From positions 96,001-160,000 of the forward strand of contig CAWIEK010000009.1 of NCBI GenBank assembly GCA_963835065.1: a DNA stretch of 64,000 nt, given 5' to 3'. The stretch comes from an uncultured Chthonomonadaceae bacterium. GTDB taxonomy: Bacteria > Armatimonadota > Chthonomonadetes > Chthonomonadales > Chthonomonadaceae. The position numbers and the translations under genes were made by a program. The notes beneath the pieces are model-generated. The model was not told the DNA's origin. It saw only the letters and a program-made list of their open reading frames with translations, and searched no databases. Below, piece after piece: positions 19,484-29,364 of the stretch (position 1 is the stretch's first letter; every line of letters starts with the position of its first letter).

Positions 19484-20674
19484 ATGATAAGCCTGACATT
19501 TTTGATTGGAATTGCTGTGATGGCAGGCGTAACCCTGTCCGGCGGGACACCTGCCAGCGCAGAGGTGGCAAAACTGCCGGAAAGAGAGCAATTGCCTGTT
19601 GTCAAGCAATTGCCCGATCCGTTTCTGTTTCTGGATGGAACGCGGGTTCATAGCAAAAAGGAGTGGGCAAAGCGGCGTGAGGAACTCAAAATGCTGGCGC
19701 AGTATTACGCTTATGGCGTGTTGCCCCCGGCAGGCGGCGCGGTTCACGCCGAAGAACTGGAATCCACGCACAATTCTGCGCTTGGCGCGACGGAAAAGAG
19801 ACTGCTGCTGCGCATGGGGCCGGAAGGCAAGGTGCAGGCGCATCTGCTGCTGACTATTCCCGACGGCGGCAAGCGGTTCCCCGCTATTGTTGTTGGCGAT
19901 TTATGCTGGGGCAAAGTGGAACCGGAGATTGTCGCGGAAGTGGTGAAGCGCGGCTATATTCTGGCCGAATTTGACCGTACCGAAGTTGTACCGGACAAGA
20001 ACGTTCATACGGGCGGCTTGTACGACGCTTATCCCAATGGAGATTACGGGGCGGTTGCGGGCTGGGCGTGGGGCTTTCACCGGGTAGTAGATTATCTGCA
20101 CACGCTGCCTAACGTAGACGCCAAACACATTGCGGCAACGGGACATTCGCGGGGCGGCAAAGCGGTTCTGCTGGCGGGCGCGTTGGATGAGCGCATTGCC
20201 CTGACCGCGCCCAATGATGCGGGCTGCATGGGAACCGGCTGTACGCGCTTTATCTACTCCGGGGAAACCGTACCCATTATCACGAAGAATTTCCCCTACT
20301 GGTTTTCGCCCCGCCTGACGGAGTTTATCGGTCACGAAGAGCAGCTTCCGTTCGATCAGCATAGCATGAAAGCCCTGATTGCGCCTCGCGCCCTGCTGGA
20401 AACGCAGGCGTTGGGGGATGAGTGGGCTAATCCGCAGGGGGCGCAGTCCACCTATCAGGCGGCAAGAACCGTCTTCGACTATTTGGGCGCGGGTGACAAA
20501 ATCGGCATTGCCTACCGTCCCGGCGAACACGCGCAAAAACTCTGGGACTGGCAAGCCCTCCTGAACTTCGCCGACCTCCAGTTCTTCCACAAACCCACCG
20601 AACGCAGCTTCAACGCGCTCCCCTACCCCGATGATTCCAAGCGCGTCTTTGCGTGGACAGCCCCGGCGAAATAG
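19484..20674 (+). CDS. Secreted CE15-like glucuronoyl/acetylxylan esterase
   Basis: Signal peptide, LPDPF, WAWG, GHSRGGK, PFDQH, LIAPR. Confidence 0.88.
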   Translation: MISLTFLIGIAVMAGVTLSGGTPASAEVAKLPEREQLPVVKQLPDPFLFLDGTRVHSKKEWAKRREELKMLAQYYAYGVLPPAGGAVHAEELESTHNSALGATEKRLLLRMGPEGKVQAHLLLTIPDGGKRFPAIVVGDLCWGKVEPEIVAEVVKRGYILAEFDRTEVVPDKNVHTGGLYDAYPNGDYGAVAGWAWGFHRVVDYLHTLPNVDAKHIAATGHSRGGKAVLLAGALDERIALTAPNDAGCMGTGCTRFIYSGETVPIITKNFPYWFSPRLTEFIGHEEQLPFDQHSMKALIAPRALLETQALGDEWANPQGAQSTYQAARTVFDYLGAGDKIGIAYRPGEHAQKLWDWQALLNFADLQFFHKPTERSFNALPYPDDSKRVFAWTAPAK

Positions 20675-20679
20675 TGGGC

Positions 20680-20878
20680 TTCTACCCTCATCCGGCCTCC
20701 GGCCACCTTCTCCCTGCAAGGGAGAAGGCCAATGTGGTAGTCTGGTGCGCTGATTGTGGAGTTGGTTGGTGTATAAGGTTCGCGCGCTCGTTTCCCATCC
20801 CTAATACAACCGCCCACTGAATAGTTTAGCCTTCTCCCTTGCAGGGAGAAGGTGGCCGGAGGCCGGATGAGGGTAGAA
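20680..20878. repeat. REP/REPIN-like inverted pair (same family as 669-866)
   Basis: CCCTCATCCGGCCTCCGGCCACCTTCTCCCTGCAAGGGAGAAGGC and its reverse complement. Confidence 0.88.
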
Positions 20879-20922
20879 ACTCCCAAAATAAAAGAGGCTC
20901 TTCATTGCTGAAGGGCCTCCGA

Positions 20923-21230
20923 TGCGGGGAACGGGACTCGAACCCGTACGTCTTACGACCCAGGTTTTTCTTACCACTACAGTTTTCACTGCCCGTAAGG
21001 TTTGTGGTCTGGACCATACCTTCTCCATATCCCATAGGATTTAGGAGGTTTCCATCTGGCCTCTACACCTTCTCAAGGGAACGAATTTGTATTCCCTGAG
21101 CTTGGCTCGGTATTGCCATGTTAAATTCTAACGAAGGGTTCACCGAATTTGGAAACTTCTACATTGAACTTTTCAGTTCAAGCACTCAATTTGTTTAAGA
21201 CCTGTGCGGCTGCCATTACGCCACCCCCGC
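20923..21230 (-). tRNA. trnL: tRNA-Leu(UAA), intron-containing (exons 21197-21230 and 20923-20969; CCA not encoded)
   Basis: Acceptor GCGGGGG/TCCCCGC-A, anticodon stem CAGGT/ACCTG with spliced loop CU-U^AA-AA, long variable arm, T-arm ACGGG-TTCGAGT-CCCGT. Confidence 0.95.
20970..21196 (-). ncRNA. Group I self-splicing intron (IC3-like, 227 nt, no ORF)
   Basis: P1 CTT^AA/TTGAG with U-G at the splice site, P2 TTGAACT-GAAA-AGTTCAA, P3 GTTTCCA/TGGAAAC, P4 TTCGGT/ACCGAG, P7 GGCCA/TGGTC, P9 GAAA loop, terminal G. Confidence 0.93.
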
Positions 21231-21253
21231 GCATACTTTAGTAGAACCCTCTT

Positions 21254-21283
21254 ATTATAACCCTCTGCCCTCCTTTCCGTCAA
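21254..21283 (-). promoter_or_regulatory. Sigma70-type promoter for tRNA-Leu
   Basis: TTGACG-N18-TATAAT on the minus strand, 23 nt upstream of the tRNA. Confidence 0.7.
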
Positions 21284-21375
21284 CCACTGTTTTGAAAACG
21301 TTGCTGTTTTTGCATCCTGCCGGGCGGGAACAGACAGATGCGTGGTAAACTGTTACAACAATACCAATACTGCCG

Positions 21376-22451
21376 ATGGTTCTAACGCCTGCTTCTCAAC
21401 AGCCCATGAAACGTTTTCTTGTGTGTATTCCCGATTCTAAAGTGGGCGATTTTTTGATGAGCGTTCCGACGCTTGCGGCTTTGCGCGCGCATTTTCCCGG
21501 CTGCCATATCGCGCTGCTGCTGCGCCGCCCCGATCCCGGCGAGTGGCTGACGCGGCATCCCCTGGTGGACGACATCATCTGGTGCAATCCTGACGACCAT
21601 ACCCGCCGTCAGGGAATGGCAGGCGTGGTACGCGAGTTACGCAAGCGCAAGTTCGATGTGGCGATTTATCGCGGACGCAACGCGCATTTCGTCTGGATGT
21701 TCTGGCTGGCGGGCATCCCCATGCGGATCGCCGGTTCCAACCGCTACTACAAATTCCTGATTACGCACAACACAGCCTTTAACCGCGAAACTCCTGACCG
21801 TCACGAACTGGTGTATAATCTGGAGCAGTTGCGTCCGCTTGGCATTACGGCTCCCGATACCGCCATGCGCTTTCCCGTTTCGCTACAGGAGCAAGCGCAG
21901 GCAGACGCACTTTTGCGCGAACAAGGCGTTCAGAACGGCAATACGCTGATTGCCATTAATCCGGGCTACGCGGGCAGTTCGCGCCCCTGGCCTGCCGAAC
22001 GGTTTGCCGAAGTGGGCAAGCAACTTGCGGCGAAAACGGGCGCGCGTATTTTAATTGTCGGGCGCAAGGGCGACGCGCAAATGGAAAACGGGTTTTGCGA
22101 GAGTTATCGGCTCGGCCTGCGTGGACCTGACCGGCAAAACTTCCGTGCCCCTGCTTGCCGCCATTTTGCAGCGCTGCCGACTGCACATCAGCATTGACAC
22201 GGGCACATCCCATCTCGCTGCGGCGATGGACACGCCCAATGTCACGCTTATTTCCCTATATCAAGCATTGGGAGCAGCGCATTCGCTGGCGTCCCTGGCA
22301 GACCGAATCGCAGCAACGCTTACTCGGCCCGCTTGTACGCTGCGCAGGGTGTGCGCGGCGCTGTACCAAAACGGAAAACGCCTGCGTGGACAGCATTACC
22401 GTTGCGCAGGTGGTTGACTGCCGCGCTGGATTTGCTGGCTTCCACTGCTGA
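21376..22451 (+). CDS. GT9 family glycosyltransferase (heptosyltransferase-like); about two frameshifts
   Basis: VGDFLMSVPTLAALR, INPG...RPWPAERF; DLTGKTS...IDTGTSHLAAA in ORF 22055; C-terminal Cys cluster in ORF 22155. Confidence 0.85.
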
Positions 22452-22502
22452 TACCACGCGCAAGATAACGGATGAGACAACGGCTTCCGAGGTGACATTG
22501 GC

Positions 22503-23646
22503 GTGACGAACTTGCCCTCCAAACCTGCCCCTGCTCCGTCCGGCAGCCGCGACATTTCCGCAAGCGCGTCCGAAACCGCGCCCCGCTCCATCGTTGTGAT
22601 CGCCAAAGAGCATATCGGCGATCTGGTCTGCACCACGCCCGCCCTGCGCAGCCTGCGCCGCCTGTATCCCGACGCCCATATCACCGTTGATGTGGGCGAA
22701 CGCGCCGCCTGCGTCCTCGCCAACTGCCCGTATGTGGACGAGGTTGTCAGTCGTCCCGCGCATCAGGGAATTGTGGGCAAAGCAAAGTACGTTGCCTGGC
22801 TGCGCAAGCGTAAATTCGATTTGGGCGTCGTCCTGTATGACAGCCCCGATTTGCGCCTGTTCCTGCGGCTGAGTGGAACGCCGCGCCGCATTGGGATAGT
22901 ACGCAAGCCCCGTTTCGCAAACTGCCTGACCGACATCGTTGACTGGAACCCGAACGGACACGAAACCAATGACAATTATCGGAACGTGATCGCGCATTTG
23001 GGCGGCGATGTATCCGACGCGCGCCCCGAAGTGTTTCCTGCTATTGCCGATGAACAGGCCATACAGCAGATTCTAAAAGCCGAGGGAGTTGCGCCCGATA
23101 CAACCTTGATTGCCCTGAACCCAAGCACGTCAATGGCGGGCAAATTCTGGCCTGCTGAACGCTTCGCCGAATTAGGCAATCTGCTCGCGCCCCTGCCCAA
23201 CGCGCGCCTGCTATTATTGGGTGGCCCCGGTGACGAAAGCCTTGCCAATGAAATTTGCGCGGGCATGACAGTTCAACCTATCACGCTGACCGGCAAACTG
23301 ACCATCCTGCAACTGGCAGCCCTGCTGAAACATTGCCGCGTTCTGGTGACGGGCGATACCGGCCCCATGCACCTTAGCTGCGCGGTGGGTACGCCCGTCG
23401 TTGCTCTATTCGGCCCCACAAATCCAATCCAAACCGGTACCCGGCTACGCGCCCGGCAACACCATCATTCGCAAAGTTTCCGCCTGCCCCGAGTGTACGT
23501 TATACGTGTGCCGCCACAACAGCGCGTGTCTGCGCCAAATCACCGCGCAGGAAGTGGCACAGGCGGTTCATAATCATTTGCGCGTTTCCCCGACTGCTCC
23601 ACCTTCGCATACTTCACCACTTGTTCTTAACCTTACTTCGGGGTAA
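22503..23646 (+). CDS. GT9 family glycosyltransferase; frameshift near 23438
   Basis: IGDLVCTTPALRSLR, KFWPAERF, GDTGPMHL...PVVALFGPT; CPEC...CLRQIT in ORF 23401. Confidence 0.88.
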
Positions 23647-23691
23647 AATAGCAGAAGAATTTCTGCATGGCCTGTGAAAGTGGTGTAAACG

Positions 23692-25191
23692 TTGAACGCG
23701 CAAACTTTTTTGTCGGCACAATGGAACCATCAGCGCGTCACGATTGGCCTGACGCCGCCCGATGAATTGCGGCGCTTGTCTAATGCCCGCCTGCTGACGT
23801 GTCCCGGCTGCGGTTCGCCCGTCATTCTCCACGCGGGAAGCGTCCGCGCCCACCACTTCGCGCACCTGCCCGGAGCCGTCTGCTCCGCCCCGCAAACCGA
23901 ACCCGAAACGGAAGAACACCGCGCGGGCAAACTGCTCCTCGCCCAATGGCTGCGCGCCTGCCTCCCGGACGCCGATATTGTCGTGGAAGCCCACATTCCC
24001 GAAACCAACCAGCGCGCCGATATTCTTGTTGTTCTTTCGCCCCACCAGCCACGCCTCAATTTCAATGCGCAAACGTTCCCGGTACGCGACCCCGCAACGT
24101 CCGCCGTCAATACGCCGTCCACTGCCAACGCGCCTCACGTACAAGACAGAACCAATGGCCGAGTTGTTGCGCCCGCCGTCACCAAATCACAGCGTATTGC
24201 TATTGAATACCAGTGCGCCAACATGCCGGCTAAAGAATGGCGCAGGCGGCATCAGCTTTATCGCAACGCGGGAATTCAAGATTTGTGGCTGCTCGGTGGC
24301 TCACGCCTGTTGCGCGAAGCGCCGCCCGCTGCCAACAGCGATACGAACGAAAATCCTAATGTAAACGCAAACCGCGCTGCGAACATAAAGCAAGATATTG
24401 GCAACACCCCTGCGGCAAATACTCCTGTCGCCCCCGCGCTGCCTTCCACCATCCTGCGCACCCACGAACTGGAACGCGGTTTGTTGTGGGACGGCGCACC
24501 GCTGCTGTTCCTCGACGCTATTGGCGAGCAGATTGCCATCGGCAGCCTTGCCCGCTTCCGCCCCCATCCCGACGCGCAGGCCATGCGTCCCGAAGGCCGT
24601 CTTGTCACCCGCGCCCTTCTCGATCTTCCTTTTCCCTTTGCGCTCCTCGACTGGCCCAGCGCCCTGCACCCGGAAGAACCGCTACAGGGAACAGGGAACA
24701 GGGAACAGGGAACAGGAAAAACCAACCACCAATCACCAGCCACCAACCACCAACTCTGGCATTGGCTGGCGCAGCGGCATCGGGTCACGCCGGACACGCT
24801 GGATTCCTTTTTCGGCCTGCCGATTAAGAACGCGGACGTTTTTGCCTGTGAAAACCGGGCCTGGCAAGCCGCCCTTTATTACCGCTTTATACATCGGCGC
24901 GTGGGAGACCGCTGGTGGCTCGGGGAAGTGGAAACGTGGACGCGCGCTTATCTGCCCCTGACGTTTCCCGTCCATCTCAAGCGTCTCCAGTACGCGCTTG
25001 CCGAGTATCAGGAATTGCTTGCTGCCGGAGGGATGTTGTCCCTGCCGCGCGGCTACAATCGTGTCAACGCCATCGTCACCGCCGACCTGACCACCCTTCC
25101 CGAACCGCCCGACCCACAGGAAGTCCTTCGACTCGCCCGCTACCGCCGCACCCTCGCCCGCGAAGCCACTGCCGATTACGCCGCGAAATAA
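23692..25191 (+). CDS. Competence protein CoiA-like nuclease family
   Basis: CPGCGSPVILHAG...HFAH, ETEEHRAGKLLL, QRADI, IAIEYQC, YRNAGIQDLWLLG. Confidence 0.8.
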   Translation: MNAQTFLSAQWNHQRVTIGLTPPDELRRLSNARLLTCPGCGSPVILHAGSVRAHHFAHLPGAVCSAPQTEPETEEHRAGKLLLAQWLRACLPDADIVVEAHIPETNQRADILVVLSPHQPRLNFNAQTFPVRDPATSAVNTPSTANAPHVQDRTNGRVVAPAVTKSQRIAIEYQCANMPAKEWRRRHQLYRNAGIQDLWLLGGSRLLREAPPAANSDTNENPNVNANRAANIKQDIGNTPAANTPVAPALPSTILRTHELERGLLWDGAPLLFLDAIGEQIAIGSLARFRPHPDAQAMRPEGRLVTRALLDLPFPFALLDWPSALHPEEPLQGTGNREQGTGKTNHQSPATNHQLWHWLAQRHRVTPDTLDSFFGLPIKNADVFACENRAWQAALYYRFIHRRVGDRWWLGEVETWTRAYLPLTFPVHLKRLQYALAEYQELLAAGGMLSLPRGYNRVNAIVTADLTTLPEPPDPQEVLRLARYRRTLAREATADYAAK

Positions 25192-25195
25192 ACTA

Positions 25196-25377
25196 ACCAC
25201 CCGCTGCGCTAGAGACACAGAGGCACAGAGAGGGAACACAGAGGAAGAAAAGAAGAGAATAAACCTCTTTGCTTCCTTTGCCTCTTTGCGGTTCCTTTTC
25301 TTCTCCTTGTTCTCTTTTGTTTTTCTCGCATCGGTTTTTCCTCTGTGTCTCTGTGTCTCTAGCGCAGCGGGTGGTTA
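25196..25377. repeat. Palindromic element AACCAC...(GACACAGAG)n...(CTCTGTGTC)n...GTGGTT
   Basis: About 35-nt terminal inverted repeats between convergent genes. Confidence 0.85.
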
Positions 25378-26415
25378 GTTTGCTTTGTTCTGGACGATGA
25401 GGAGCGCGCGTTTGGAGGTAATGACGTGGTTGTTGCGGTTGAGGGCGCGGACTTCGACGAGATGTTCGCCTTCCGTTTCGCGGCGCGTATCCCACTCGAA
25501 ATTGAACGGCGGCACGTTTTGGGACGAAACAATCTGGCCGTCCACAACGTAAGTGACGTAAGCAATCGGGTCGGGTTCGCCGGGGGGAAGTTTGGCTTTC
25601 AGATTGAGGACTCCGGCTACGATAGAGCGGTGTTCCTGCCGGGCGCGCGCAAGCGATTGCGCCAGATACGCTTGTTCCAGCGCCGTCACGCGCTGCTGAA
25701 GCAGTTCAGGGCTAAGGGAGGTTGAGGGTTGAGGGTTGAGGGTTGAGGTACTGCCGATTGTGTTCCTACTGTTCCCTGTTCCCTGTTCCCTGTTCCCTAT
25801 TTCCTGTTGTGGCCGCGCTACTACAATTACGATAGGCTCGTCCTGTTGGGGATCGTACAAGGTGGGAAAGGGGCGGAGCGCGCGGGGAGCGATTTCCAGT
25901 TTTACCGGCGCGTCGGGTGGCGGCGTCAGGTCGGCAAAAATGGCGGTATGAGGAGCGATATTGGTCATAATCGCGCCGGCTTCGCCCGCAGCAGGCATCG
26001 AGCCGCGTTTGCCGTTCGGAGATGAGAGCGCAGTCGGGCGTAATTTCAGGACTTGGCCCAAACTCACGGTAAAGGCAATCCCGTCGCCACTGCTGCGCAA
26101 CACAATTCCGGGCGTTTCGGCGCTTCGTTCCAACTGCACAGTGGTCGCGGGGCGCGTCACGCGGCCAATCAGCGCATAATGCTGTCCCCCATCTACGCTG
26201 ACGCTTATACGGCCCTGCATGGTATTTTCCACGCGAATCCGGTACGCTTCTTCGGAAGCAGTACGCCGGGGCGCAAGCGGAACCTCGTCCTGCGGCCCTT
26301 GCTGCGCATAACCGGGCAGGCACAACGCGGATAACAACGTGAAAGACAGCATTGCCCAACAAACATGCCGAACGATTACGGAAATGGGTCGAATGGAAAA
26401 TTGAAAAACGTTCAT
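25375..26415 (-). CDS. Secreted protein with C-terminal Ig-like domain
   Basis: Signal peptide (GYA-Q); VTYVVDGQ...PPFNFEWDT...GEHLVEVRA. Confidence 0.75.
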   Translation of the reverse strand: MNVFQFSIRPISVIVRHVCWAMLSFTLLSALCLPGYAQQGPQDEVPLAPRRTASEEAYRIRVENTMQGRISVSVDGGQHYALIGRVTRPATTVQLERSAETPGIVLRSSGDGIAFTVSLGQVLKLRPTALSSPNGKRGSMPAAGEAGAIMTNIAPHTAIFADLTPPPDAPVKLEIAPRALRPFPTLYDPQQDEPIVIVVARPQQEIGNREQGTGNSRNTIGSTSTLNPQPSTSLSPELLQQRVTALEQAYLAQSLARARQEHRSIVAGVLNLKAKLPPGEPDPIAYVTYVVDGQIVSSQNVPPFNFEWDTRRETEGEHLVEVRALNRNNHVITSKRALLIVQNKAN

Positions 26416-26705
26416 GCGCTTTCTCAGAAACGGAACAGCGAAGCAGAATAAACATTTTATCAATACTTGCTTCGCGTTTGAAATTACGAGCGGGAGGTAA
26501 TCGCAGTATACCACGTCAGAAGGGTGTTAGGTATTGGGTATTAGGTGTTGGGCTTTTGTCCTTGCTTTCTCCTTTCTCCTTTTTCCTTTTTCCTTGCAGA
26601 AGGGTTTTTCGCGGCGATGTCGAACTTACCCCACAATACTCTCCCGCGCCTGCTTACGCTGCTACCGTTTCTTTCATCCTGTCGGCGCAATTTCGGAGGC
26701 TTGCT

Positions 26706-28034
26706 ATGCAGATTGAGCTGCCCATTGATATTTTCACGTTTCCCCATGTTCCCCTGCCCGCTGTTTGGACGGTGGAGCAAATTTATGACACGCCCGCACT
26801 GACTTCGGAGCAGATTACGGCTCAGGCGCGGCAGGCGGTGGATGCGCTTGTGGAGCGCAAGGGGCTTGCGTCCGGCGCGACGGTTGCCGTTGGCGTGGGC
26901 AGTCGCGGCCTGGACAATCTGGTGACGATTGTTTCCGCCGTAATCGCGCAGTTGAAAACGCGGGGGATGCAGCCGTTTGTGGTTCCCGCGATGGGCAGTC
27001 ATGGCGGCGCGACGGCGGAGGGGCAAATTGACGTTCTGCACGGCTATGGCATCACGCCGGAAACCGTTGGCGCGGAAATACGGGCCACGATGGAAGTGAA
27101 TCAGATCGGCGTTTTGGAGGGAGAAGACGCGGGCGAGTATGCCGGCCAGCCTGTATATTGTGACCGCAACGCTCTTGCCGCCGATGCCATTCTGTTAATC
27201 AACCGCATCAAGGCGCATACGGATTTCAGCGGCGAGTGGGAGTCGGGCATCGGCAAGATGAGCGTCATCGGGTTGGGCAAGCGGCACGGCGCGGAAAGCG
27301 TACACCGGTATGGAGCGCACGGCCTGCGGGACTTGATCCCACGTCTTGCCCGTTATAACGCGCAGCATTTGCCCCTGATTGGCGGCATTGCCCTGATCGA
27401 AAACGAACTCGGCCATACGTCGGAACTTCACGCCCTGCTGCCCGACCAGATTGGACAAGACGGCGAACGACAGTTGTTGCAGCGCGCCCGCGCCATTGCG
27501 CCGCGCCTGCCCTTTGACGAACTGGACGCGCTGATTATTGATGAAATGGGCAAAAACATCAGTGGCAGCGGCGTGGATACCCATGTTATCGGCAGGGGAA
27601 CCATGCCCAGCGTTGCCGAACATACGTGGGGCGGGCCGGACATCCGCATAATTGCCGTACTGGATTTGACCGCCGCTTCGCACGGCAACGCCACCGCTTT
27701 CGGGCTGGCCGATCTGGTCACGCGCAAATTGATTGAGAAAACCGATTTTGCCGCCAGTTACATCAACATGCGTACCAGTGGCGAGGGCGGCGTCCTGCGG
27801 GGGCGATTGCCGCTCATTCAGCCGACGAGTGAGGATTGCGTCCGTACCGCGTATGCCTGCTGCGGCAAAGCGGAACCCGATCAGGTACGCTTCGCCCGCA
27901 TCCGCAGCACGGCGGACACGCAGTATTTGGAAGTTTCGTCTGCCCTGCTCGCAGAAGCGCGGCAAAATCCGCGTTTGCGCGTGGCTGCCGAGTCGCATCC
28001 GCTCGATCTTTGCCAACCCGTCCGCCCGTACTGA
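26706..28034 (+). CDS. Lactate racemase domain (DUF2088/LarA-like) protein
   Basis: VGSRG, PAMGSHGGATAEGQ, NRIKAHTDF, ESGIGKM, GKNISGSGVD. Confidence 0.85.
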   Translation: MQIELPIDIFTFPHVPLPAVWTVEQIYDTPALTSEQITAQARQAVDALVERKGLASGATVAVGVGSRGLDNLVTIVSAVIAQLKTRGMQPFVVPAMGSHGGATAEGQIDVLHGYGITPETVGAEIRATMEVNQIGVLEGEDAGEYAGQPVYCDRNALAADAILLINRIKAHTDFSGEWESGIGKMSVIGLGKRHGAESVHRYGAHGLRDLIPRLARYNAQHLPLIGGIALIENELGHTSELHALLPDQIGQDGERQLLQRARAIAPRLPFDELDALIIDEMGKNISGSGVDTHVIGRGTMPSVAEHTWGGPDIRIIAVLDLTAASHGNATAFGLADLVTRKLIEKTDFAASYINMRTSGEGGVLRGRLPLIQPTSEDCVRTAYACCGKAEPDQVRFARIRSTADTQYLEVSSALLAEARQNPRLRVAAESHPLDLCQPVRPY

Positions 28035-28068
28035 TTTACCTTCGCTCGTGTCATGAGGCAATACCATC

Positions 28069-29184
28069 ATGCAGCAGCGCCTTGTCGCATCTGAAACCGC
28101 TTCGCATCCCTTGCCGTATACGCCTTTGCAGACGGAAGCCGGAACCGTGTCGTCGGGGGAACGCTTGCCGGTCACGCCCGAAGAAAAGCGCAAAATGCAG
28201 CAGCGCATCCGGCGCGTCCGGCGGCGCAGCCTGCTGACGCCGGACGTACTGGCGCAACTGGGGCAATCGCGCCTGCCAACCCAAACCCTCCACGCCCTGC
28301 TGACGATGCTGGAAGGGCCGTTTGAGGAGCATTGGGAGGAGCGCACTGCCGCAGTGTGGGCGCTCGGCCTGGCGCATCTGACGCCACGCCAACAGCAGAC
28401 CGTCAGTTACGCGCTGTGCCATGTTCTGCGCCGCAAAATGCTGACAGGGCGAGTTCACAAAGAGCGCTGGATAGACCCGCCCCTTGTGCTGGTCGCCATG
28501 CCCTGCCTGCTGTGCTGGTTGTTTGCCCTGCTCGCGCATACCTCGGAAGCGCAGGGCAGCCCGGTTGTTTTTCAGGCGGGCGCGCTATTCGGCAGCGTTT
28601 ACATTGCGCAGCGGTTCAACCAATCTCTCAAAACATCCGCGCTTATTCGTGACAATCGCTTGCGCGCAACGGCGGCAACGGCGTTAGGGCGCATCGGCAG
28701 TACGCATAGTATCGCCACTTTAGCCCGCGCCGCCCTGGACGGCAATACCAGCGTTCGCCATGCGGCCGTGCCGGCGCTGCAAGCCTGTCTTGCCAATCTG
28801 ACGCCCGCGTATCCCGGCGAACTGGAAGCCGACGTAATCCCCAACCTGTGCCGCCTGCTGGAACGGGCGCGCGAACAATTGACCCACAACAGCGCGCGGG
28901 CATCCGAACTGGCGCTGAGTATTCTGGACGCGCTGACGATCATTGGGGATGGCCGCGCCGCGTCTACGGTCAGCAATCTCATCAATACGGGGTGGACAGC
29001 CCCGGTCAACCGTGCCGCCAAAGACCTGCTTCCCCTGCTCCTGGCTCGTCAACAGCAGGAAACCGATCAGCGCGTGTTGTTGCGCGGCGCGGCCACGCCC
29101 AGTGATACGCCCCAAACCCTGCTGCGCCCCATCGAAACCGATGGCAGCGAAGATCAGCAGCACACACTATTGCGTCCCTTGTAA
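28069..29184 (+). CDS. HEAT-repeat membrane protein with C-terminal LLRx repeats
   Basis: WEERTAAVWALG, 2 TM, AATALGRIG, LLRG..LLRP..LLRP tail. Confidence 0.78.
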   Translation: MQQRLVASETASHPLPYTPLQTEAGTVSSGERLPVTPEEKRKMQQRIRRVRRRSLLTPDVLAQLGQSRLPTQTLHALLTMLEGPFEEHWEERTAAVWALGLAHLTPRQQQTVSYALCHVLRRKMLTGRVHKERWIDPPLVLVAMPCLLCWLFALLAHTSEAQGSPVVFQAGALFGSVYIAQRFNQSLKTSALIRDNRLRATAATALGRIGSTHSIATLARAALDGNTSVRHAAVPALQACLANLTPAYPGELEADVIPNLCRLLERAREQLTHNSARASELALSILDALTIIGDGRAASTVSNLINTGWTAPVNRAAKDLLPLLLARQQQETDQRVLLRGAATPSDTPQTLLRPIETDGSEDQQHTLLRPL

Positions 29185-29192
29185 TTTCACCA

Positions 29193-29346
29193 ACCGGACG
29201 CTTGGTTCCGGGTATTGAAAATACCCGGCAGGAAAGTACAAGCGTCCTGCGGACGCGGGAATCTTTATACAGAGTTGCGTCCGCAGGACGCTTGGCGGAA
29301 CGCCACCGAGACGGGTATTTTCAATGCCCGGAACCAAGCGTCCGGT
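29193..29346. repeat. Palindromic MITE/REPIN-like element
   Basis: Nested inverted repeats; core TTGAAAATACCCGGCAGGAAAG...CAAGCGTC shared with the centre of 54057-54454. Confidence 0.85.
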
Positions 29347-29364
29347 AGTGAATACCAACCCAAC

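Noticed and set aside
20680..20923. Prophage or integrative element attached at tRNA-Leu
   Set aside because: No integrase, and no duplicated tRNA 3' end was seen in the window.
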